From Nitrososphaeria archaeon (GTDB lineage: Archaea > Thermoproteota > Nitrososphaeria_A > Caldarchaeales > JAVZCJ01): a stretch of 64,000 nt of DNA. Every line of letters begins with the position of its first letter. Within the stretch, counting starts at the first letter, position 1. The notes beneath the pieces were generated by a model. The model made no database searches, had not been told where the DNA came from, and saw only the letters and a program-made list of their open reading frames with translations. Shown here piece by piece: positions 20,615 through 30,149 of the stretch. The position numbers and the translations under genes are program-made. The stretch covers positions 16,479 through 80,478 of the forward strand of contig JBGVSY010000035.1 in NCBI GenBank assembly GCA_041862235.1, read 5' to 3'.

Positions 20615-20727
20615 TGGTGCGGGGGGTGGGATTTGAACCCACGAACCCATCCGATCGACCCTGGTGAGTCGAGCTTCGGGACAAGGGCCTGAACCTTGCG
20701 CCGTTGACCAGGCTTGGCGACCCCCGC
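20615..20727 (-). tRNA. tRNA-Leu (anticodon CAG), type II, with about 22-25 extra nt in the variable region (possible intron) and an encoded CCA
   Basis: The minus-strand sequence is GCGGGGG...CAAGG-UUCAGGC-CCUUG...GUGGG-UUCAAAU-CCCAC-CCCCCGC-A-CCA. A TATA-like ctataaaa lies about 35 nt upstream. Confidence 0.7.
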
Positions 20728-20915
20728 CACAGTGGAAATGAGGACGCCTGGGGTTTTATAGTTTTTCAAGGATCTCATGAATGTGAGATCGTTCGGATCA
20801 GCACCGTTCTTCCGCTATTTATTTGGGTATCCAGAGTATGCCTTATTCTTTGTGGAGTGATATCCATGCTTCTCCTCAACCTCGACCTATTCATCGAAGA
20901 TGTTTGCTCATAATG

Positions 20916-21968
20916 TCAAGGGGCTAGTTTCTGATTTCTTTCTTCAAGGTTGTGGTACAGAGTCTTCGCTTCCTCGATCGCTCTCTCTCTCAGCCACTGA
21001 GAGATCACTTCTTGCTCGTATGCGCTTTCCAAATCATCTTGGTCTATTATTTCAGGTTCGCCGTTAGGTCTATCTATCACATCGATCCCTAGATCAACGT
21101 ACGTGACATAGTTCTCGTATAGTTGGGTAGGAGTGCAGATGCTGTAGTGCCCTCCCTTGTAGCTATGATCTGCTCCGTAGTACCGCGATGCCACAAACCA
21201 GTTTCCTTGATTTATTGCTGTCAGTCCGTAATCCCCAGCGCCTACTTGTGTTCCGAGGCCATCATAGCGCCCTCTTCCTGAGAATGTCCTTCTCAGGACA
21301 ACAGATCCCTTTCCTCTTCTAACTACTTTTCCCGGCGTGAGGATGACCGTTCTTCCATCAAGCTTCACGTGTTCTATGCTTACCAACTCTCCCTTTCTTG
21401 GAGCGAATGAACTCATGATTGAAGAGAACAGTTGGGAGACTACATCGTTGGACACATAACCATCTATGACCAGTTTCTCAGCGAACGTGACTAGGTTCGA
21501 AAGAGCTTCGCTTCCAGCTCTACAGAAATGATGTCCGGGAACGGTGTAAGCAACCTCATTTCTAATTTTATCTAGCTCTTGCTTTGCTAAAAGCGGTACC
21601 TCAATCTCCACCACAGCTTCTGGTCTTAGGTTTCCTTCAACTCGGGTCGCTTCCCAATGAGATTCAACGTTTCTCCTCACAATAGGGTAGATCGTGCCTC
21701 TATTTTGTTGACTCATCCAGATAGCTACATCAGGAAGCCTGTCCTTCAACAGTTCGACAAAGTCTATGAGCACCTCACTTTTGCCTGTGAGTAGGACCCG
21801 ATGTTTTCCGCTGTACTCCTTGATCAAGAGATCAGCTGCTTTATGCTCTTGACTAAGGTTGAACCTCTGAGCCTGAGTCCAAGTTGGGTTCACGACATCG
21901 TATCCATTGTCTAGAGCAAGCTTACCCATAGACGTGCTGTAGATGCCACGGATCATCACTCTGGCCAT
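20916..21968 (-). CDS. Probable ribonuclease FAU-1 (archaeal RNase E/G-like RNA-binding protein)
   Basis: The N-terminus MARVMIRGIYSTSMGKLALDNGYDVV resembles the recalled FAU-1 N-terminus. 350 aa. Confidence 0.45.
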   Translation of the reverse strand: MARVMIRGIYSTSMGKLALDNGYDVVNPTWTQAQRFNLSQEHKAADLLIKEYSGKHRVLLTGKSEVLIDFVELLKDRLPDVAIWMSQQNRGTIYPIVRRNVESHWEATRVEGNLRPEAVVEIEVPLLAKQELDKIRNEVAYTVPGHHFCRAGSEALSNLVTFAEKLVIDGYVSNDVVSQLFSSIMSSFAPRKGELVSIEHVKLDGRTVILTPGKVVRRGKGSVVLRRTFSGRGRYDGLGTQVGAGDYGLTAINQGNWFVASRYYGADHSYKGGHYSICTPTQLYENYVTYVDLGIDVIDRPNGEPEIIDQDDLESAYEQEVISQWLRERAIEEAKTLYHNLEERNQKLAP

Positions 21969-22012
21969 TTATGCACGCCTGCCATCAAAGACCTGCTTCG
22001 GAGTCATCCTCC

Positions 22013-22333
22013 TTAACCTTGAAGCTTCCTGCTCTCGGACAGGATCGCGATAAGCGACCTTATGGCCTCTCCGATCTCCTTCACCTCGCGTATGTCTGTT
22101 GCTTTCGAGAGAGCAACCGTTAGCTCCTCAATCTTCCCAATAACAGATTGGTCTATCTGCTTCAGGGCGTATGGAGTTCCGATAGTTGCGGCTTCAACAT
22201 CATCCGTGATCTTAACAACCTTCTTGTTACACTTCAAGCATCGAAGCTCTCCAGATATCTGGAAAAGAGGGCTCCCACACGCAGGGCAGATATCTGTGGT
22301 CATCTTGCCTCCAGAGCGCAGGGCATCCGCCAT
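22013..22333 (-). CDS. UPF0148-family zinc-ribbon protein
   Basis: A CPACGSPLF...CLKCNKK zinc ribbon followed by a helical tail. The start is chosen at the internal Met; the tracked ORF extends to 22465. Confidence 0.5.
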   Translation of the reverse strand: MADALRSGGKMTTDICPACGSPLFQISGELRCLKCNKKVVKITDDVEAATIGTPYALKQIDQSVIGKIEELTVALSKATDIREVKEIGEAIRSLIAILSESRKLQG

Positions 22334-22454
22334 CCTACGCACGTCGTCAGCAGAAGCCCTCTCAGCCACGCCAATCCACCACCCTCTGGTTGTAACTCTT
22401 AAATTTAAGCGAATATGCTTAGAGATACGGCGGCCTTTGCGCCAGCGTAGGGGT

Positions 22455-22733
22455 ATGTCACCCATGATTCAAGAAGAAGAATGGCAAGGAAAGAAGGTTC
22501 AGATCACGCAGATACTTGAAGGGATCTCCAATGATACAGGCACCCCCAGAAATATTCGTCGTACAGCTAAAAACGCAGCTGATGAACTCGACAACGAGAA
22601 GCTTTCACCGCCAGTTCGAGCAGCTAACGCGATAGAGATGATAAACGAGATACTTTCTGATCCCAATATGCCAAGTTGGACGCGGACAGCTCTTTGGTCA
22701 GCAATCTCCCTCTTGGAAACCGTGCGTCGCTAA
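22455..22733 (+). CDS. UPF0147-family protein
   Basis: C-terminal part of ORF 22062-22733. It carries SNDTGTPRNIRRTAKNAADEL...RAANAIEMINEILSDPNMPSWTRTALWSAISLLE, characteristic of archaeal UPF0147 proteins. Confidence 0.55.
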   Translation: MSPMIQEEEWQGKKVQITQILEGISNDTGTPRNIRRTAKNAADELDNEKLSPPVRAANAIEMINEILSDPNMPSWTRTALWSAISLLETVRR

Positions 22734-22809
22734 AACGATTGATCGCACATGATTCTGATTCGCAGCCGCGGTCTTGAGGATTGTTGACTTTCGTCGCTGA
22801 CACGTTGCA

Positions 22810-23655
22810 CTAATTGTCGTTGTGTTGCTCGCCTTCGTTTTTGGGATATTTTGATGTTAGGATTTCCCTAATGCTTTCTGCTATTTTCTTACCTATTCCG
22901 CGCACATGACTTAGTTCTTCTTCATCTTTTGTGAATACCTCTTCCACTGTTTCGAATGCTTCCAAGAGCCTCCTAGCTCGAATTGTGTCTACATTTGGAA
23001 GGCCTGCGACTACAAATTCCTGAGCTTCCTTCATCGTAGCAGGCCTATGCTTCACCCTTACTCGCGGTTCTCGCTTCTTCTCCAGTTGCTCTCTTCTGGC
23101 TATGGATGCAAGAAGTAAGGCAGTTTCTTCACAGCTCTCGGTTCTTAGGACAGATACCCCGTAGTCAACGAGGACACTCGCTAGGGCCCCCAAGATTGCT
23201 TGTGGGAGGACGTTTCTTGAACCATATAGTGTTTCTCCCTCCACCAGGACAATAGGTTTCTCATACAAGTCTCTTAGACTTGCTACTTGAGTGAAGAGTC
23301 TGCCGTCTATTATGGAGGTGCAAAAATCAGACACAGCCTTTCGTTCAACCACACATCTGTCGCTCAGCACGTAGTCACCGGTTTTCAACGTCTCGACCTT
23401 GAGTTCTACTCCAAGATCGATGAGCTTTTTTACCACGTCAGAGTTCATTTCTCGGGAGTCAGCAATGACCCGGATTCCCTGGGTTCCCTGTTGACGTTTC
23501 TTCACGAACTGGTCTAGGCTGGGTTGCTTGTCTTCCGCTTCCTCCCTCTGCCTTCTTTTTCTGGTTGGGGCTTCACTTGCCCTCCATTTCCGGGCCCTGC
23601 AGTTGGATCTCGCTTCAACTCCTGAATGAAAAGTTGGTTTCGACAATTCTTTCAC
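22810..23655 (-). CDS. xpf: Short-form XPF/ERCC4-family structure-specific endonuclease (nuclease plus HhH2, no helicase domain)
   Basis: ERCC4 motifs (ADSRE...GDYVL...VERK), a C-terminal tandem helix-hairpin-helix region, and a basic N-terminal extension. Confidence 0.7.
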   Translation of the reverse strand: MKELSKPTFHSGVEARSNCRARKWRASEAPTRKRRQREEAEDKQPSLDQFVKKRQQGTQGIRVIADSREMNSDVVKKLIDLGVELKVETLKTGDYVLSDRCVVERKAVSDFCTSIIDGRLFTQVASLRDLYEKPIVLVEGETLYGSRNVLPQAILGALASVLVDYGVSVLRTESCEETALLLASIARREQLEKKREPRVRVKHRPATMKEAQEFVVAGLPNVDTIRARRLLEAFETVEEVFTKDEEELSHVRGIGKKIAESIREILTSKYPKNEGEQHNDN

Positions 23656-23728
23656 GTCCCTCCGGGATCACGGGGAAATAAGGCTTATCAGGTTGGCTTC
23701 GGACGATGTTGTGTCAAGAGTGACCGTC

Positions 23729-24355
23729 ATGTCTACTTCGGCCTTGATTTGTCTCGAAGGAATTGATGGCTCAGGTACCAGTACTCAGGCAAGAAGGTTG
23801 GGGAAGAGACTGGAGAAATTAGGTGTAAGATGGAGGGTCACCCACTTTCCAGACTATGGGACACCCATAGGAAAGCTGATCGAAGGGTTCCTTTTACACG
23901 ACATCCGTCTTGAAGCAAGAACGATCCGTCTTCTATACACAGCGAACCGCTGGGAAAGAGCCTCGGAAATGGAAAGAGCATTGAGGAAGGGGGTAGTGGT
24001 GATTCTTGATCGTTATTCTTCATCGAACATAGCCTACGGTGTTGCTGACGGCCTAGACAAGAAGTGGCTGGAAGACATTGAAAACGCCTTGCCCCAGCCA
24101 TCGCTGACCATCCTGATCGATCTATCTTCTCGCGAAGCTTTGAGGCGCAAAAGAAGAGTGAAGAAGCTAGATCGTTATGAGAAGAACATTGAGTATGTAG
24201 AGAGGGTAAGGCATGCCTACCTTCGTCTAGCTAAGGAGAAGGGATGGAAGATATTAGACGGAGTTAAATCGAGAGAAGAACTTGAGGAAGAAATCTGGGA
24301 CTACGTCAATAAGCGTCTTCCGAGGCGATCGATCCATCGAGATCCACGACCCTGA
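23729..24355 (+). CDS. tmk: Thymidylate kinase
   Basis: P-loop LEGIDGSGTSTQ and a DRY-like region. The tracked ORF begins at 23693. Confidence 0.8.
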   Translation: MSTSALICLEGIDGSGTSTQARRLGKRLEKLGVRWRVTHFPDYGTPIGKLIEGFLLHDIRLEARTIRLLYTANRWERASEMERALRKGVVVILDRYSSSNIAYGVADGLDKKWLEDIENALPQPSLTILIDLSSREALRRKRRVKKLDRYEKNIEYVERVRHAYLRLAKEKGWKILDGVKSREELEEEIWDYVNKRLPRRSIHRDPRP

Positions 24356-24514
24356 GGCTGTTCAGAGCCTCAAATTATAGCCCAGTTTGCCTTTGCAATC
24401 TACGTTCACCCCTGGGAGATGCCATCAGCAGGCTCAATCACCGTCTTGGAAGACTTCCTGTAGATCAATCGATGTGAGCCAAACCACACGGCGCCACTAA
24501 ATTGATTAGTCACT

Positions 24515-25933
24515 TTGAACCTGAAGAATATGGTGAAGATGAGTAATAAGGAGGGCGTCGGTCGAAGATACTTCGGCACTTCTGGAATGAGAGGGGTCTT
24601 TGGCGCGGATTTTCGTATAGATCTCTTCTACAGGTTAGGTCTATCTATAAGACAAGCAATGCCATCTGTATCCAAGGTCTGTGTTGGCAGAGATGCTAGA
24701 ACAACTTCGGAGACGATGCAGAGGTCTCTGATGTCAGGTCTGCTGATGAGCGGTGTAGAGGTCTTCGACTGCGGGTTGTGCGCCACGCCTGTACTGCCGT
24801 CAACTGTTGTTGAAACAGGTTCAGATGCCGGGGTCATGGTTACAGCCTCTCACAATCCGCCCCAGTACATAGGAGCTAAACTCTTTGACAGTCGTGGAGC
24901 CGGTTTTCCTAGGGAAATAGAGAGAAGAGTCGAGCATATCTTGAATGAACCTGAAGAATCTCGTCTTGTAAGCAAAACTCGGCTGTACGATATTCAAGAT
25001 AAAGCGCTGAGCCTCTACATCAGGAGGCTCATGGCACATTTCTCCAAGTCAGACTTCTCCTCAGATATTAAGGTCTTGGTGGACTGTGGGCACGGAGCGA
25101 CGTCCACACTAGCCGATAAGGTATTTCTGAATCTTCCGATTCAGGCCAGAATCATCAACAATATCCCGGATGGATTGTTCCCATCGCATCCGCCAGAGCC
25201 GACCGTGGAGAACCTCAAGGTCTCATCCAGATTGGTGAAACCTCTGAAGTCTGATCTCCTTCTGGCGTTCGATGGGGATGGTGATCGGTTGGCGGTAATC
25301 GATGGAAAAGGAAACCTGATTGAGACGGATCTGGTCCTAGCGCTCCTGTTAGAGCAAATAGTCAGGCGCAGCCCCGGCAAGGTGGTGCTGTCGGTTAACA
25401 TGTCCAATGGAGCTAGAGAGCTCGTTGAGAAAGCAGGGGGAAAGGCGGTGTACGCGCCGCTGGGGAAGACCTACAGAAAGATGATGGAACTGAATGGGGT
25501 GGCCGCAGCAGAGCCGTGGAAGCTCATAGACCCAGCGTTTGGTCTTTGGGAGGACGGCGTGTACTCTTCTCTCCTGCTACTGAAGACGGTCACCGAACTT
25601 GGCGGTATTGAGCAGTTCCTTGACTCGCTTCCCAACTATTATAAATTCGAGATCGATGTTAAATGTCCGAACGAGCTAAAGCAACAAGCTCAGGAAAGAG
25701 CGGAGAGAGAGCTCCTCAAGCAAATGGGAACCTCAAAAGTTATGAAGATCGACGGTACGCGTTTAGACTTCTCAGATGGGTCTTGGATATTGATACGGCC
25801 CTCTGGCACCGAAGCCAAGATGAGAGTCTACGGGGAAGCAAGAGAGAAGAATGTCAGAGACAAACTCATGGACACTGGAAGATCTATAATCGAAGAATCC
25901 ACAAACCTAGCGGTTGATAGACAGAACGCCTAG
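24515..25933 (+). CDS. Phosphohexomutase (phosphomannomutase/phosphoglucomutase/GlmM family)
   Basis: Active-site TASHNPPQY, the sugar-binding loop, and FGTSGMRG near the N-terminus. Confidence 0.8.
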   Translation: MNLKNMVKMSNKEGVGRRYFGTSGMRGVFGADFRIDLFYRLGLSIRQAMPSVSKVCVGRDARTTSETMQRSLMSGLLMSGVEVFDCGLCATPVLPSTVVETGSDAGVMVTASHNPPQYIGAKLFDSRGAGFPREIERRVEHILNEPEESRLVSKTRLYDIQDKALSLYIRRLMAHFSKSDFSSDIKVLVDCGHGATSTLADKVFLNLPIQARIINNIPDGLFPSHPPEPTVENLKVSSRLVKPLKSDLLLAFDGDGDRLAVIDGKGNLIETDLVLALLLEQIVRRSPGKVVLSVNMSNGARELVEKAGGKAVYAPLGKTYRKMMELNGVAAAEPWKLIDPAFGLWEDGVYSSLLLLKTVTELGGIEQFLDSLPNYYKFEIDVKCPNELKQQAQERAERELLKQMGTSKVMKIDGTRLDFSDGSWILIRPSGTEAKMRVYGEAREKNVRDKLMDTGRSIIEESTNLAVDRQNA

Positions 25934-25951
25934 AAGGGGTTTCACACATCC

Positions 25952-26377
25952 ATGTGTCCAATAACCTATTTATCTCATGAGATCTTCGACGAGATCGTAG
26001 ACCATTGCCAAGCGGAATACCCGCTAGAAGCTTGTGGGATACTTCTGGGAACAAGCGCGCCTCGACAGACTCGAGTCACAGACATCGTAAGAGCGAAGAA
26101 TATCAAGAGATCCAGCGTGAGGTATGAGATAGACCCATCAACCCTTCACAGGACTCATTTCACCGCGGAGATGAAAGGTCTAGAGGTAGTAGGATTCTAT
26201 CACTCACACCCAGACCTTCCATCCGAGCCATCGGAATACGATGCTGAACACGCACTATCAGGTCAGATATATCTTATCGTATCGTTACAGGTCAAAGGCA
26301 GAAAAAAACCAACCGCTTGGAGATGGAGCTCGGAAGTAGATCGATTCCTTAAGGAGGAACTGGTCATCCAGCCGTGA
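25952..26377 (+). CDS. JAMM/MPN+ metalloprotease (Mov34 family)
   Basis: EACGIL plus the HSHPDLPSEPSEYD JAMM motif (E...HxH...S..D). 141 aa. Confidence 0.75.
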   Translation: MCPITYLSHEIFDEIVDHCQAEYPLEACGILLGTSAPRQTRVTDIVRAKNIKRSSVRYEIDPSTLHRTHFTAEMKGLEVVGFYHSHPDLPSEPSEYDAEHALSGQIYLIVSLQVKGRKKPTAWRWSSEVDRFLKEELVIQP

Positions 26378-26702
26378 ACAGCTGAAAACTGACCGACATC
26401 CTTAATCCAACGCTTTGGCAACAGTTTCTCGATCCATGGTGTTTCATACCAGAGTCTCGCTCTTATCTATTGTCGACGGTTATGACGATTCATGCGCGTT
26501 AGACCCCTGGCAGGGTAGAGGACGGTGATGTCTAGCGTGGAGACGAGAGAACATCCCTCGGAATTGTTGATATTAACTGAGGCCTGACTGTACCTCCTAA
26601 TTCTTTCAAGCGTCCTCGCAGGCCAGCCTGTACCTGCTTGTGTGGCTAGACCAATAGAGATATGTAGATCTCCTGTTCAAGTGACCTGCAGAGGATGGGT
26701 GC

Positions 26703-27377
26703 TTGCCCAAGCTCTTGGAATACAGATTTGATCTCCACACCCACACCACGTGCTCCTTCGACTCCATCACCTCTCCAAAACAACTGGTGAAGGCGGCCGT
26801 TCGAGAGGGTTTATCGGGCCTCGCGGTAACCGACCATAATTCTGTGGAATGTATAGCACAAGTCAAACGTGCAGCCGGCGAGAACCTAACGGTTATCTCA
26901 GGAATAGAATGTAAGACAAGACATGGAGACTTGATCGGACTCTTTGTCTCCGAGAGGCCTTTGGGAAGTAATATACTGGAGATTGCTGACCAGATCAAAG
27001 AGATGAATGGGCTCGTTGTGTTGCCACATCCGATTTCATACTTCCGAAAGAACATCTACTCTCGTCAAGAAATGGAGGTGATCAGGAAAGTAGATGCAAT
27101 TGAGACATTCAACGCGCGTAACGTCTTCGGACGGCTGAACCGGGAGGGTGAAAGACTTGCTGCCAAGTTCAGTAAGACACGGGTTGGAGGAAGCGATGCA
27201 CACACGCTCAGAGAAGTCGGACGCGGATACACCGTGTTCGCCTGTGGAGAAGAAGACGAGGTCAGAAAAGCCATACTATCCGGGGAGACCGATGTTGGAG
27301 GCTCCCTCTCGCCTTTCATAGTGAGAGTCCATTCGATCGCAGCGCGAATAAGGAAAAGAAGACTGTCACCAGACTAA
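26703..27377 (+). CDS. PHP-domain metal-dependent phosphoesterase
   Basis: DLHTHTTCSFD, AVTDHNS, GIE, LPHP and GGSDAH motifs, with an apparent TTG start. Confidence 0.7.
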   Translation: MPKLLEYRFDLHTHTTCSFDSITSPKQLVKAAVREGLSGLAVTDHNSVECIAQVKRAAGENLTVISGIECKTRHGDLIGLFVSERPLGSNILEIADQIKEMNGLVVLPHPISYFRKNIYSRQEMEVIRKVDAIETFNARNVFGRLNREGERLAAKFSKTRVGGSDAHTLREVGRGYTVFACGEEDEVRKAILSGETDVGGSLSPFIVRVHSIAARIRKRRLSPD

Positions 27378-27479
27378 CTGAATATTAGCCCTTCACATCT
27401 GCCTGTGGGATGTCGGATCAGCTAAACAAGTTCCGCCAGCAACCGCAAGATTAATCCATTAGAACCCTCCACACCAACT

Positions 27480-27611
27480 AGCCCGGTGGTGTAGCGGCCA
27501 AGCATGGCGGGCTTTGGAGGGTGAATCCTGGAAGGGAACCCGGTGAGACCCGTCGATCGGGAGTTCGAAACTTGGAAGGGGAAGTTCCGAGCGACAGTCT
27601 CCCCCGGGCTA
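27480..27611 (+). tRNA. tRNA-Gln (anticodon TTG) with two introns: about 31 nt in the anticodon loop at 37/38 and about 27 nt in the T-loop at 59/60
   Basis: Acceptor AGCCCGG pairs with CCGGGCT. The D arm is GTGT...GCAT, the anticodon stem GCGGG/CCCGU, the loop CUUUGG[A], and the T stem GGGAG/CTCCC with TTCGAA[intron]T. Removing the insertions leaves a 74-nt cloverleaf. Confidence 0.7.
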
Positions 27612-27760
27612 CTATTCTTACCGATGATGTCAACCTAGCGCGGCTTCATATAACACCATGGGGTGAAGATTCTTCATAAATTTCTCCAAGCCCCTTTGTA
27701 GTTCTTCACAGATTCTTTGAGGCGCCTCTTAATATGTAGCAACTGATCAGATGAGTTGGT

Positions 27761-28723
27761 TTATGATGGTATCGGTTTCAGTTTCGTTGCGTGCTTGCTT
27801 CGGATCGAGTCAATGATAGCTTGAGCAATGACTGTGGCTCTGTAACCATCATCTATCGTAACAAGAGGCTTGGTCCTCTTCTTTACGCATGCGGCGAAGT
27901 GACTTAACTCTAACTTTAGTGGTTCCTCAAACTTCACTGTAGGTGTGATCTCGTGTTCCATCTTCTCGATTGAGACATTTTGTGCGAGGAAGTCAAGCTT
28001 AATTACGCCGTTTGTTCCTGTGACCTGCATTTCTCTCTTCTTTCTCGGTGTCAGCCAATTTGCCTCTACCAGTGCAGTCTTGTTGCGTGGGAAAACTAGC
28101 GTGGCCTGTACGTAATCAGTAAACTTATGACGCCGTAGCTTTCCTCCTCTGGCAAAGACCGCTTTCGGCCACTGATTGAACATATAGGTTGCGAGATCGA
28201 CATCATGTATCGCCGTGTCTCTTATCACCCCGACATCTCCTATTCTCACTGGCCAGCTGCCTATTCTCCTGGCGTATGAAAGCAGAACCTCCCCGATCTG
28301 TCCTTCTTCTATCATATTTCTTGTCTTCTGTACAACAGGGTTGAATCTCTCTATGAACCCCACTGACACTATGTTATCGAGTTTTCTGGCAAGATTGAGG
28401 ACCCTTCTTGCTTCGGTTACCTCGACGGCCATCGGTTTCTCAATCAGCACATCCTTGCCTGCTCGTAGAGCCGCTGTTGCGACCTCTCCATGTGTGTTGG
28501 AAGGCGTACAAATGGTGACGGCATCAACATTATCGTCCCTGAGAAGATCCTTGTAATTTGGGTACACTACAGGCACCCCATACCTTTGGGCTACACCTCT
28601 AGCCCTTTCTTCATCTAAGTCGCACAGAGCTTCGAGCTTGACATTAGGAAGCTCGGTGAACACGCGTGAATGGTTGCGCCCCCAGAACCCGGTTCCAATC
28701 ACGCCCATGCCAACTCGGTCCAT
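27761..28723 (-). CDS. Gfo/Idh/MocA-family NAD(P)-dependent oxidoreductase
   Basis: N-terminal Rossmann fold MGVIGTGFWGRNH...EKPM. Confidence 0.8.
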   Translation of the reverse strand: MDRVGMGVIGTGFWGRNHSRVFTELPNVKLEALCDLDEERARGVAQRYGVPVVYPNYKDLLRDDNVDAVTICTPSNTHGEVATAALRAGKDVLIEKPMAVEVTEARRVLNLARKLDNIVSVGFIERFNPVVQKTRNMIEEGQIGEVLLSYARRIGSWPVRIGDVGVIRDTAIHDVDLATYMFNQWPKAVFARGGKLRRHKFTDYVQATLVFPRNKTALVEANWLTPRKKREMQVTGTNGVIKLDFLAQNVSIEKMEHEITPTVKFEEPLKLELSHFAACVKKRTKPLVTIDDGYRATVIAQAIIDSIRSKHATKLKPIPS

Positions 28724-28732
28724 TCGTGCTCA

Positions 28733-29896
28733 CTACCGGGGTAAAGCCTGTAGCATACTAAAGTCGAACAAGGCCTTCTTGTCGCTGATTTCTGCTGAAG
28801 CAAATTCACGCAGTCCACTGTGGCTAGTGAGTAGGATGGCTAGATCCGCCTTGTTCAGTCTTTCACTTAGATCTCTCTGTTCACTGCTGTGAAGCTTGTC
28901 AACTACATCCGCCGTCAAATAGCTCTCGGTGACGCATCTTCGAGATTTTACGCCAGTCAATATTCGTTTCCTCTCTTCTTCCGTGTCAGCTACTACAAAC
29001 AGCTTGATCCTCCCTCTTTGGTCTCTAGTCCTCTTCTTTATCAAGCCCTTCAGATGAGCTATCCCATAGTTAACACCTGCATCCATTGTTTTCTCGACTT
29101 GATGCAGAAGCCTTGTCCCTTGAAACAATATACCTTCACCCTGAGTCAGGTAGCGGATGATTCCAGTAGCTTTGGGATCCCTTACAGCACTAGGAGCTAG
29201 GTGTTCTCCGACGTATTCAAAAACCTTTCTCACGTCTACGTCCAGCTGTTCGAAGAGGAGGAGAGCCTCGTACGCTACAGCTTTTAGGGCTTCATTCTCC
29301 ATCAGCTTGAGGGTGGAGGCCGCTTCTGCCTCCTTAATGCCATCCAACTTGACGATTTTTTCGTCTCCCCAAAGGTTTGAAGCTAACTCCATTGTCCTCC
29401 CCTGTAGCTTACTCTTCTCAGCCACGAATTTCACTCCTTTCGTCGGTGAGATATATGCAAGGTCCACGTCAAAACCGACTTGAAGTCCAGAGGCCTTCTC
29501 CACATTCTGTATTACCACGTCTTCCACGGTCCCCGGAAGACATACGCCGCTATACACTATCAGGGAACCTCTCCTGATGGCAGAGCCCACCAGTTTACTC
29601 AGGGTGTTCAACTCCATCCGACTATCTCCTTCTAGAGACTGGGCGTCTCTCGTAAGAATCACGATCTCCTGGTCCCCAATGACTTTCTGAACATCTACTG
29701 CGACCGAGATTCTTTCCTCTAGCATCAACTGCAGCTGAGTTCTCCTCGAAACTCCGGGTGCGTTTCCCTTTCTTATCACTGATAACACATATTCGTTGGG
29801 CGAGGAATAGGTTATCTTGAAACCTCTTAACGCCGCCTGAAAGGCTAGTGAAACCCCATCGAGCGAGGTGTCGACAACAACTAGTTCCTTACCCAT
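28733..29896 (-). CDS. Nucleotide-sugar dehydrogenase-like protein (UDP-glucose/ManNAc dehydrogenase architecture) lacking a canonical GxGxxG
   Basis: Three-domain layout of 387 aa like the UDP-sugar 6-dehydrogenases, but the N-terminal dinucleotide-binding glycine motif is degenerate (VVVDTSLDGVSLA). Confidence 0.45.
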   Translation of the reverse strand: MGKELVVVDTSLDGVSLAFQAALRGFKITYSSPNEYVLSVIRKGNAPGVSRRTQLQLMLEERISVAVDVQKVIGDQEIVILTRDAQSLEGDSRMELNTLSKLVGSAIRRGSLIVYSGVCLPGTVEDVVIQNVEKASGLQVGFDVDLAYISPTKGVKFVAEKSKLQGRTMELASNLWGDEKIVKLDGIKEAEAASTLKLMENEALKAVAYEALLLFEQLDVDVRKVFEYVGEHLAPSAVRDPKATGIIRYLTQGEGILFQGTRLLHQVEKTMDAGVNYGIAHLKGLIKKRTRDQRGRIKLFVVADTEEERKRILTGVKSRRCVTESYLTADVVDKLHSSEQRDLSERLNKADLAILLTSHSGLREFASAEISDKKALFDFSMLQALPR

Positions 29897-30149
29897 GAAG
29901 TCCTCTCCGTCCTGTCTTCTGCTCAGAGTTACGTTTGGGGGGGTACCATATAAGAAGAATCGAGAAAAGAGACATCCGATGGGTAACGCCTGGCTCGATC
30001 GATTGACGCGGTTCAGCTAACAGACCGGAGTCACAGCCACGTAAACGGACATTCTCTCAGTGCTTGCCAACTCACGAGTCTGGTGCCTCCACGCCGCTCA
30101 GGAACAGAGTATATATACCTTAATCTAGGTCTTGCCTTGGTACCACTAG

